From NCBI GenBank assembly GCA_002633005.1, contig NMRA01000463.1, forward strand, positions 62,001 to 126,000: a stretch of 64,000 nt of DNA. Direction: 5' to 3'. Under the pieces are notes generated by a model. That model searched no databases and had not been told where the DNA came from. It worked only from the letters and a program-made list of their open reading frames with translations. The DNA comes from Phoronis australis (taxonomy: Eukaryota > Animalia > Phoronida). Made by a program: the position numbers and the translations under genes. How positions within the stretch are numbered: the first letter of the stretch is position 1; every line of letters starts with the position of its first letter. Below are positions 12,117 to 23,700 of this stretch, piece after piece.

Positions 12117-13117
12117 CATGGGCGGATCCAGAATTTTTAGTTCGGGGCAGTGGCGGTCTAGGACATCACGAAGGGGGAGGGGGCAACATTTTGTCTGTAA
12201 ACATTTGTGCAAAGCTCGATTGTAGATGCGCATATCACCGAATGGGGGGAGGTTGGGAGGGGGGTTTGCCCTCCTCCCTTCTGGGAAATTTTTCTGTTTT
12301 TTCCTCTAAAAATCAAGCTTTACCACTGCACCACCACGATTTAACTTGAACTTTTATGCTAAGAGACCTTCTTGTTTATGATCCACAGCGTTTGCGCGCG
12401 AAACCTACTTCTTTCTGTAATGCTCATTACACGTTTTATATTTTGTGCCATCAGATCCTAACGATTTTTTTGTATTTAAAATAGTCTTCAATTGCCCAAA
12501 AGACCAAATCCGTTTCTTGTGTTGGCAATAATGACGCAATTGCTTTGAAATGGTCTTAAGTTAATGTTTGACAATGAGAGAATTATGAGTTTTTGAGTGA
12601 TTCACTAAGGCTTCCATTAAAATTCACATCTTACCAGTAGCTTCTGTTTTTTCATCGTCACTCAGATTCCATTTTCTTTAAAAAATGAAGTAATTTTCTT
12701 CACTGCAGACGACGGAAACGGAGTCGTAGTGCGCAGCTCCACTGCCGGTCGCCTGGGATATCACGGAGAGCCTATACAAATGTACTTGGCCATAGTTCCG
12801 TTACGATTGCGCCGTGTTCCGAATTTGACACTTGAAATTGGATCTGAGCCCCCCAAAACTCTAAAACTGCACACATTTAAATCTTATTTCATCCATAAAA
12901 TTTTGATTACCGCGCTTAATTAATAAACTCAATATTTCCCTACGCTCATGCTGTTTTATTTTTTGTTGCTGTTTTTTCGGCAGCCAAGGGGGGCGGGCCT
13001 CCTGCCCCCCCTAAATCCGCCTATGCGGGGGGCAGGGCAGAGTATTAGCCAGGATTTTGCCTGTCAGACATTCGTATCCGCGACCTGCCAAATGGCCCAT
13101 CTCTAAGTCCGCCACTG
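12117..13117 (+). mobile_element. Short 5-bp-TSD MITE interrupted by a nested insertion (host parts 12117-12147 and 13031-13117)
   Basis: Removing 12148-13030 rebuilds catgggcggatccagaatttttagttcggggggcagggcagagtattagccaggatttt...aagtccgccactg, colinear with the copies at 45834 and 60619. Flanks are TCATT/GCATT (4 of 5). Confidence 0.85.
12148..13025 (+). mobile_element. 878-bp non-autonomous TIR element nested in a related MITE
   Basis: Termini CAGTGGCGGTCTAG ... CTAAATCCGCCTATG; perfect 5-bp TSD CGGGG at 12143-12147 and 13026-13030. Confidence 0.85.
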
Positions 13118-16100
13118 GCATTTGCTTCAACAAAACTGAGTTTCAGACTAATATATGCTGTAATCACTCCACAGAGCGGAAATCAAATCTTTAAAGCTTC
13201 TTTTCACGCCCTCATTTGGCTAAAACGGAAATTGAGTTCGACCTTTAACACCCACAAAGTCGGTCTCATAATATTCCTTACAGGGTTGCGATTGTATTTC
13301 CATTACCAACAAGAACGTGGGCACCATCATCGACTAAAGAAAACGCTTCACAATTTATTAAAGTTATCCTGACTTAAAACATGGCGCGTTGTACGCATTG
13401 CCAGTGAACAGAAATGGAACCCTGTCACGGCGAGACCAATTAAGACACGGATTTGGCGAGAGTAATTAAATTTCTAATTCCGTCATCGTTTTTGTCCAGC
13501 TTAACAAGGCGTAATTCAATTAACGCAGTTTTGAATTGCCAAATTTGGAAGATATCAAATATGAAATTTAAAATTAGCGCGTAAGTAAACAAAGACATAT
13601 TGATACGACTTTTCGGTTTATTGACTAGAAACCATTCTCAAGGCTAAAGTTCACATTATTCAATCAGGCGACACAGGTATAGAACAGACTGTACAAGTAC
13701 ACGTCAAAATGCATTGTGAGGGAAGAGACCAGAAAACAGAAACTTTTGCCATGAGAATGGGTTTAGTGAATGAACCAAAGTGTCGGATCAATATGTCTTT
13801 GTTTACTTACTCGCTAATTTTAAAGTTCGTGCTCATGTTTTGGTCCAAAACAAATGTATTCATATCAGATATGACTTTCATATTATTACGAGAAACGGTA
13901 CAGGACCCTTCTTGTAACTTTTTGTGGGTACAAAGTTTCAAGGTAAATTCTTAACACCATACAAAATAAATGGGGTAATCAGACGTTGACTCCATTTTTC
14001 CCATTTTCACCCGATATTTCTAAAACAGACATGATGGCAGTTCTGTATCGGCCAAGACTCAACAACAATGCAACCATGACATGCAATTGTTCTTCGAGGA
14101 GGTAGTTATTTTAAGTTAACAATTACGAAAAAATTGAAATCTGAGCACCAGCTTGCTAAGAACTAGACAAAACTCCTAAATAGTGAACCGGAAACCGCGA
14201 AGAATTGGGAAACATTAGTACGCAGGTTATCATGTAGAATTGAAGAAAAAATACCAAGATTTCATGACATAGCATTTTAGAAGGCATGTCCTCAAGTAAC
14301 GAAAGAGGAAGTTAAAAAAGATAATTTAACAATTAATGGGGCTCGACCTCTGTTTTATGTGCTGAGAACTATTGAAGGAAGTAGAATTGGCACTTCCTGT
14401 GTGTCTGGTATCAAACAGGTCTGGATGATATTGGGTATCTTTGCTTTAGAATCCGATAACCGGATGAGTACCAACAGAGCTTAAGCATACACTCTAAAAA
14501 CTGTCCAGCAAAACAAAATCGATTTTGATGGTTTTGGTCAACTACAGGTCCACAGGGACAGCACAATGCTTTACTGCGTGGCAAATGCCTCAGGGTCACG
14601 TGGCGCCATCCCATTTTACGTCCTCGTAAAAGAAATGGCAAATAAAACGTTCATCTGTTCTCAAGAAGACGGCATATTTCGGTAGTGTATGCGTCTAGCT
14701 TGCACGATCATCATTATGTCACGTCGTTAATGTCGACGACGGGGACTGTTTATCGACTGTCTTCAAACGATCTTACGCAACGGGGTTTTCTTTCGTAATG
14801 GCCGAAAGGGACAACAAAGTCACGTGCGCCTTATTACCGCAGTCAGTCACGTGATTCACACAAGAGTTCAAAGGCACGGGTTGTCAACTGGTAGCAGCGT
14901 CTTGACGTAACCCTCCATTTCGTGAACGGAGAGTTCAGTCTCTCATTCTGACACACTGGAAAACATAAAAATTGAATTTACAATGAAATATAAACACATT
15001 TAAGAACAAAAATTTCTGTTCACTTGAAAGTCACGGTTCCTAAACAATGCGTTGAAGGTTTCATTCCTTGTAGTGAACGTTCCTAACGTATCATCGTCGT
15101 CTCACTTGAGCGATAAAAGCAGTAACCATCTAAAACACAATTAACTGTGTCACAGAAGTAAGATTCTTGGCGCTGGCCATTCTTTGCAGTTGTCGTGTAC
15201 CTTGCTCAGAGCGCGCATGTAGGTTACGCTATCAAACTATTGGGTTACAACGTATTCATTTGTTTAATATTACTGGATGGGGAAGTCGTTGTTGATGTTT
15301 GATAATATTCCAACATTTGATTTTGTACCATTTTTAAACGCCAGCAATGCGTCCAAACTACTTAATTCCTGCCTCTTTTATATTACCTACCTAATTTTAC
15401 ATCTCGAAATATAACTCCATATGCCCACGTATAAAAGCCCGAAAATTCGGGTTATTGATGAGCTCGGGATAGGTAAACAGCCACTGTTTTATTTTTGTTT
15501 GAAAAAACACCTCTCCACATCACTGGTGATATTGTGCACGCGCAGCATCGTGTGATCAAGCGACACTCAAGGTCAGAAGGTCACAATGAAATGTGTAGGC
15601 TGTGATTAAAAAACACACGCTCTTCAAAACTTCAATCGGCTGTTCGTACAACCTTTTGTGACGAATTTGTAGAGGTTGTTCATGAATGTTAACACAGTAG
15701 TGATTTTGGGTAGAAATTGAGTTGAATTAGCAAGTAAGTTGCAGCAAATATTCAATAATTTTTTAAAAAAATGGAAGGCATTGGCGGCCTTAAGTGAATC
15801 TCGATGTTATCGTTTGAGAACTGAAAATGATTCCGTGTACAATCTTGTAAAAATTCGTCCTTTGTTGTCAATATACGAAGGAAGAGTCTGATATTAATTT
15901 CATCTAATCTTCCTTTGTCCTTTTCCTCCATTGGCTACACCGAACACGTAACAAAAATATGCTGCACCGTTCTTAATGTTTTTCGATACAAATTTGTGCT
16001 AACTGGTGTGGTATTACGTCACTTTAAACACTACGGATATTTTGGAGTACTAGAGCTGCTCACTTCATGATGCTAAACTAATGAGAGACAATTATCTACA

Positions 16101-17592
16101 ATGCCTTCGTTTCAGTTCCTTGCAAAGTTAGTCTTCGAACCAAACGACATGTAAATAAGAACGACATTAGTTAGTTAATTATTCCTGTTTTTATCCTTCG
16201 AGTCTTAACATGAAATGGATGCCCTTCCTATGGGCGTGTTCACGTCATGAGTCGTTTTAAATAAAGCGTGTACTCTTAATCCATGTACCTTGTTTTACAG
16301 TGAAATTCGATGTACAAATAATATTTAAAAGGCCTCTCATAAAATATTTTATTTCAAAAATCGACAGAAATACTAGAACGGCATTGCTGGAAATATACCT
16401 GTGTACCGTAGTGTGAAGCTAAACGCTAGGAATTAAATTATGAATTACTAAAATTAAATATCTTTGGTGACATAGCAAAAAGTAATTCCAATCGTAATAT
16501 TTTATTCGGCAGGGGATGAGTAGACGCGTGTTCATTCACGTTACATTTGTTGTGTTGTTCTCGTTTAAGTATTGACAACGACGGTTACCGTTTATAGACG
16601 TAATCTCAGTTAATTTAGTCCAATAATATACCAACAACAAAAAAGCGGTGATCTAGAAATACAGTTTGCTGGCAAAAGTCGAGCAGCTCTGGCGAAAAAC
16701 TTAACCGAGTTGCGAGGTGGTATACCTTGACGTTATAAAAATTCTGGGATACCGTCGCATCAAACGAAGTTAATCGTATTTCCAAGAGCATTTCTTTAGA
16801 TCACATGGATGTTTGCGACTTGCTTGCAAACCACATTGATTGACGAGGTACGATGAAAGTTTCACTCTTGCGAGACGAAGCGTGTAGGAAAACTTAATTA
16901 ATGAGGATACATATGGGGTACGGGTAATCAAATGGTACTATAGTTTCGAAAATGTTTTAAGTAAACCTATTTAACAGAAACCTTAATTTTTAAAGCTGCA
17001 TTTCGTCGTGTTTAGCTGGATGAAAATAAAATCGGACTCAATATTCGGGATTCGGTTTCCTGAACCAACTCACAGGCCATGTGCTCCATTTTAGATTTTA
17101 CATTTTTATGGGTGGCCAACAACATTAAACTCTGAACAGCTTTTTAGGTGCTAATGGTTTCATTGTTTTCAATGTTCTTGTTGGTAACAGAAGTAGAATC
17201 CAGTCACGGTAACGGATATCATGAGGTTGAGTTTGTGAAAGTAAAATGTACAATTCTTTTTTTCGTTATTTTTGACAGTTGAAAAAGAAAAGTGTAGCTT
17301 TACATATAACTTATTTGATGCGTTGATTACGTAGACTAATTTCGGGATCTCTCTCAATTGTCAAGTTACTGTATAATGTTATTTTGAAAAATCAGCATTT
17401 ATGAGGAAAATGGAAATGAGAGAACGACGGCGATAATGACGAGAAAAAAAATGATATGGCGATGAGCGAGCGATCAGTAGGGAGGACGTCAATAATTGGC
17501 CTTTTTACGAATCTCCGTTAGTAAACACGTTGTGTACAGCGAAGAAGATGACGGTAGGTCGGAGTCACGAAGTGATATACATGCTGTATTTT

Positions 17593-17705
17593 CAGGGGCG
17601 GATCCATGATTTTGAGTTGGCGGGGGGAGGGCATTGTAGTAGCCAGGATTTTGCCCGTCAGACATTCGCACTTCCGACTTGGGAGAATTTTAGGGGAGGC
17701 CACGG
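17593..17705 (+). mobile_element. 3'-truncated copy of the 5-bp-TSD MITE family
   Basis: caggggcggatccatgattttgag...tagccaggattttgcccgtcagacattcgcac is nearly identical to the 45834 copy; right TIR not seen. Confidence 0.8.
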
Positions 17706-19184
17706 TCGTTTTTCTACTAATAGCTATTCTACTGTACAAACCAATACCAGTATTATGTAGCACTAAAACGTGGGCGAAGAGTAGTTCGCTTCTTGGCAAT
17801 CGCTCGATCAATTTTGGTGGATCCAACACGTACATTGTAATGGTAATTTCATTTTTCAGCGAGACATTTTGCTCGAGCAGCGTATCATTCTGTACAAGAA
17901 AAGTGTCTTGCGAGAAAGCGATGTCACAAAAAGCACACAAAAATTAATCACACCAGTATACAGTAAGTCATAAGTCGAGTCTTCTGCGGGTATGCTCGAG
18001 ATCTTTGTAACCGTACAAACTGGCGACCATTGAAGTGACTGGTCGTTGAGGTCGAATTGTGGAATGGTGGGATGTAATTCATAAATCATGTGATATTGTC
18101 CCTTTCTATAAGCAACGATTTCAGGACGCAAGTGCATGGCTTATGTATCAAATAACTTGCAGTGTACATGTATGTCTGCCCGGAACTTAGCCATGGTCAT
18201 CACTGTAACAATGCGTGGGTCAGACGTACTTAGTGCAAACTTTTCTAATGGTTCAAAGTTCGGAAACAATCTGATTTTTTCTGTGAAATTAATGCTTGTT
18301 CTCAATGGCTTCTGCATGCATCAATACTGTTGATGTCGTGGTCGCACTTTGTTGTCTCTCGGATGCAAAAGATCTAGCCTAATTACTTGGTTTTATGTCA
18401 AAAAATGTGATGCGCCACGAGGTTTAGAGAACACGCGAAGTGATCTCTTACAAGCGTAAACAAACCAATCGCAACAATCTGACATCCAACACTTTCGTCT
18501 TGTGAGAGCTCGAAAACGAATTTCGTTTGACCCATTTCCTAATTTCACGTAGGCGCCGGGAAGGATACACTGAGTAATACGCAACTTTTTTCATTCACGT
18601 ACAATTTTTGCCGACGTTGAACTCTTTGTGCCGAATCATTTGAGCAATCCGGACAACGCAAAGCAATGACAATTAACGTATGATCATAGAGAATTTATAA
18701 AAGCAATTCGAAATTCCACGGCCTCGGAGAAACTGCTAGACAACGCTAAACACCTGTCCACAAAATAATCTATTGCCATCTGACGAAAGGGTTTATATCA
18801 TGATGCATGTACTGTACATGTACGTCACCATTAAACCGGAAAATGGCTCTGAAGGACACTGGTATTTAGTGTTGCAAGACTGTGTAAGCGAAACTTTGGT
18901 TACTAAGGCGATCGTGAAAAACAATCGGCAGAAAATAAGCTCTACAATATTTACATGCCACCAGGCTATTATCAGCTGAATTTTTTTACTGCTGGAAGAT
19001 ATTAATTTCAAAGAAAAGATGCTAATGCGGCCAGTTTAGTTACACTTCAAGCCTGATACGTTTCTAGTTGAATCCGTTTGTTCCCAGGAACATTTAGGGT
19101 TCACCCTAGTTCAAAGGGACATGGCAGTCGAAAAACGCATTTTGGGGATAACGGTGGGATGGGATATGCTGAACGAAGTTTTTC

Positions 19185-19350
19185 GCTCTGACCAAAGCTA
19201 TAAAACAACAAAATATTTTGTGTTTTGTGATTTCACTGATTACAAATCGCCCCAATTTTCGTTGTTGGCTGCCAGCCATTCACTGAGTCAATGTCGGTGA
19301 CTTTCTCAGTTAAACACGCTGTCATTTATCGAGTGGGGTTCAGTTTCTTT
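19185..19350 (+). repeat. Dispersed repeat (copy B) of the internal-tRNA-like family
   Basis: attacaaatcgccccaattttcgttgttggctgccagccattcactga...ttaaacacgctgtcatttatcgagtggggttcag aligns with copies A, D and F. Confidence 0.6.
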
Positions 19351-19603
19351 TCCATAGGATTGGAAGTGTGTTACCATTGAGGTAGAGTGCTGGAATTTAT
19401 CTTAGAGCTCTTCTCATAAAAATAGTTTTCGCCACTTTCTGAGGTGAAAAGGAACTATTTGAATCTTTGAAAATGTTATAACAGGATTTTGATAAGACAA
19501 AAACTTTCTTCCTACCTACAATGTACAAATACACTTCCGGATCGGATGTATTCTGTCTAAGATTTACACTGTCTCTTTCAGAGGGTATCTAAGATTCAGA
19601 CAT

Positions 19604-19759
19604 CTGGCGTGCGTTCAGTGGGGCTAGGACCTACGCTAGGACCTAGCGTAAGTCTAGCCAAAGTCACGTGTTCTCATTTAAAAAACACTGCAATATCTCA
19701 CGTAATCTCGCGAAGTCTTGCTTTTTAGAGAAGTCCTAGCGTTACTGAAAGGGAGGCTG
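19604..19759 (+). mobile_element. MITE-like repeat with subterminal inverted repeats (copy 1)
   Basis: Near-identical to 50942-51109; contains ctaggacctacg tandem units and the inverted pair cgttcagt..gctaggacct / gtcctagcgttactgaa. Confidence 0.8.
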
Positions 19760-22700
19760 GCCTACGGGACATTGCCATTCTTCGGAGGCACCGATGAAAA
19801 CGCTCAGATGAAAAACGGTTGCGCTTACAGGAAGTTGAACCGGATTCGACAGAAATCACATGAGAATTCGCTTATTATTCTGAGTGCAGACGTCATGCAG
19901 AAACCAAATTACAAGCAAAAAAGCTGTGAAAAACATTACAGAAAGCGAAAGAAATAAGAGACAATTTGAAACATTGAAATTTGATCTTAGTTAGTACCGG
20001 GTATTATAAAGTATTTCACTAAATAGCCTGGCTTTCAAGTTCTTCACAAGGGATGCATGTAGACAGGAGAAACTCGCGAAAAAGCAAGTTCATGCAAGGC
20101 CGCGCAAAATCACGCCAGTGAGAGGGCGCGCGTTTTGCGAGTACGCTCGTGACCTCACTAACGTAACAAAGCTAAACGGCGGCCACTGAGGTGATTAGTC
20201 GGTGTGGTTGGAATGTTGCCGGAACAGTGGGATAATATTCACGGCTGTTTCCGTTCCATAAGCGACAATTTCTCAGCTCAATTACTTCGCGAGTGTATTG
20301 CATATACAGAACGCAGCACAGACTCAAAGGTATGTAGAGTCTGGGCTCGGAAACGCACGCAAGTAGGCCCAATATTTGAACAATACCACCTCCTAGGAGA
20401 ACGCTTTCGAATACCATCCAGGTTCGTATTCATTCCAATACATCCATCCACAACTATGTCCGAACTCACACGTTTGGAGAGTGCACAAGAATCTGCCATA
20501 ATTTGAACCGGGGTCTCCGGAATGATAGATCAGTCGAAGCTCAAACCAAAGCCATCCGACTGTTCGAGGATGGTGCTGCCCTCTGCAGTCAAAAGCAGGA
20601 CCAATGGATCACAGTTGAATGTATAATTTAAAACTAAAATTAGTGTGCTTACGTCAAAAAGAAGAAAAACTAATTAATACGATTTTCCAAAACACACCTT
20701 TACCCAATGTGAGCAGCATGTAGGAGATACTATCTACCTGTGGTCATCGGAGCTCACAAAAACGTGTTTCGCGGCGATTCAGGGTAGTTCAGCTAAATTT
20801 ACCTCATTCACGTTACATCCCGGTATAAAACAACCTCGTTTGGCCTGTTAAATTTCCGCGCGTCTGGCGGCGCTATATAGGCCGTTCAACGGTTAGGTTT
20901 CACTCATTCATGCCAGAACAGCAGGAGAGAGGGTATCTACACAACCATCTGGCTCCAGCTTGTGTGAGGCCTTGGGAGATCTTTGACGTAAGACTGGTGA
21001 GCAAATTTTGAAATACTTTAAATCAAGCAAATTTCTCTTACTCTTGTGGGAGTTACGGCGGACTGTATGACGCATATACGTAGAAAAGTTTAGCACATGG
21101 TACATTGGTGACTCACGCATTATATTTTGGTCCTACAGTTTAGACGCTGGTCAAAATAAACATCCTTACGGTTAGATTTACTACGTAAGACAGTGACCGT
21201 TTAGGAAAGCATGTAGACAGGTGCTTTGTGCATAAACGGGTGACCTAAATTTGCTAATTTGGGGAAGCGAAGTACAGCCATGAATGTAATATTTCCATAT
21301 ATTCCTAAACAAAAAACATATTTCGTACGAATTTGAGCTCCGCACACACCACCACAACCACCGCCGAGACAGTTTGAAGACAACAGCAATAATAGTGAAA
21401 ATTTCAACACGCCGTTTCTGTCGATTTGTTTGATAACATCTTCGACAAGTGGCCGTTTTTCTACAATATCAGCTGTCATATCAAAGGAATGACACTTGAC
21501 CTCTGACCTTAGATAATATCTAGACACTTGTGAACATCTGAACATTGGTTTTCAAAGTTCTTGAGTCATGCATGTAAGACACGTTCTCTTAATAATAATG
21601 TCAAATGGTTTTGGAAGGAAAGGAGAATATTTTGAAATAGATGTTCTTGAAACAATCTGAGGACTTGATTAAACGTGTTCTAAATTGTATGGGGTTAATT
21701 GTTTGAGCATCGAGGCGTTTCTAAGCAGGAAGTTCAGAAGATAATTATCGACTTTACAGTGTAATGCAAAGATTCGACTTCAAAAGAGCTGACTCAAAAT
21801 TTGCTGGGATACGGTAGTTGAAAAAAAGCCCTCTACGCAGGTGGTGGGGGGGGGAGGGCTTCCGCAGCGCACGTTGCTCGAGAATAAAAGTTGGTGCGAG
21901 CACGCGCTTCTCCTGTAATACGTCGAGATGTCTCGAGAAGGAATGGGTGGTCACGTGAACACTTATCTTGGACGGATCTTGGTCTACGTGATCGTCCCGC
22001 AGCCCCATATAAATTCATGAGTCCAGGAGTTCAGGTAGTCAGTGGGACCCTCACTCCTCACTCAAATGCCCTCGAGCTGGTGAACCGCTGGTCGCAATCT
22101 ATTCAAATGTTACGAGAAAGTCAACTAGACTTCAAAATTCATGTACACGTAGGCCCTATAGGGAAGACAAACCATCAAAGACTAATGTTCGCTCCAGCTT
22201 CCGCCTGGACTTAAAACACTCGCAACTGTGGATACCTCAATACAGTTTGCTACCTGACAGACAAAATGGTTGTTCAATTGTAGTCTAAACCGCTTGTTGT
22301 AACAGCGAAAGCGCATGTGTTCGTAATAGTGGTCTTTTAATGACTTAAGCTAACATTTGAGAACCCAGCGGAATTAACGAAGGGAAATTTGTAAACAGGC
22401 AGTTTCTTAAGGGAACTTAAAATGGTTTAATTTACGGTTGATATAGTATTTTGTCTACTGGCAGTTTTATTGAGGCTATTAGCCGAGCAAGGTAATTTCC
22501 ACTGCGCAGGCAATCACCGATCTGCAGCCAGAGTAGCCTGGGGTCGCGATACGCATCTGTTGCCATACTGTTTACTGGGAATGTATAAGGTCGCGTAGTT
22601 GTAAGCGCGGTGACTCGAAACTATTCGTGAAACAAATCTCGACAGATACGTTAATGTTAATATTTTAAGTTTTAGCCGAATATGCTATCACGACAGGGAT

Positions 22701-23529
22701 ATGAATTTGTAGAGGTTGACTCTCATATGATTGAATTGGCTGATTTAAAATCTGACCAATTTAAATGATATTTTTTGTCCATGTCTGATGGAAGCATTAC
22801 ATGTAGGTTGGCCATCAATACAATAGGCGCAGACTGTTCTTCAAATGTAAGTCATTGCGTTAATTTATTTTCAAATTTAATATTTATAACAAATTACGCA
22901 ACAGAAGAATGTTTAAGTTTGAAAATTATATTTTTATTTTGTAACTTAATTATCACTGAAATAAAGGCATCGTGTAATTACAGACAATACACGTACGTTT
23001 TGTTCTCAATGTGCTACATTTTCCAACTTACAAATTAAATCTTAAAACAGATCAGATAACCATTTCTACATCGGAAATGGTTTACGAGTTTTAATGAAGC
23101 AATCCAATAGGCAAACTACTACGTACATCGTAATTTAGAGCCAGGGAGAACACGTTTATAGATTTAAATAATTAAGGTATCTTTTGACTTAACAGTTTGC
23201 GCATAATTAAATGAATTTTCGGTTTCGTGTAGCTTACTATATGTTTAAACGGCCTGTTAACATACTCGTCAATTAAAACCAAACCATAAGAGTTGATGAA
23301 AAACTTCAACACTAGATCGACTACTTAATTTCTGTGAACTTAATAAAAATGTTAGTTCCTAACCTATTCAATAAACAATATTTTGAATTGATATGTATTC
23401 TAATTCGACACGAAGAAATACTCTCATGGACGACGAAAACGATCGTAGAAGTAACAATGGAAATAAATATTAAAGTAATTCTGCTAATGGCACTTATATT
23501 ATTAAGTTTATTTCTATAATATGATTTTA

Positions 23530-23700
23530 GTGATTATTATTTTTTTTCGTTGTTATTATTTTTATTATATTCAATGCAGTCCAAACGAAATTTAATCATT
23601 ATATAATTATTTTTTGTTATAATTATTGTAATCATCAATATTATTATTATTGTTAATGATGCTCTTACTACCATAGTAACAACAATAAACATTGTTATAA
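23530..23700. repeat. Degenerate (ATT)n low-complexity tract
   Basis: Repeated attatt/aataat units; gives the Ile-rich ORF 23537-23719. Confidence 0.6.

Noticed and set aside
17489-18137. Cluster of overlapping 60-140 aa ORFs
   Set aside because: They overlap a MITE, have no recognisable domain and form no phase-consistent exon chain.
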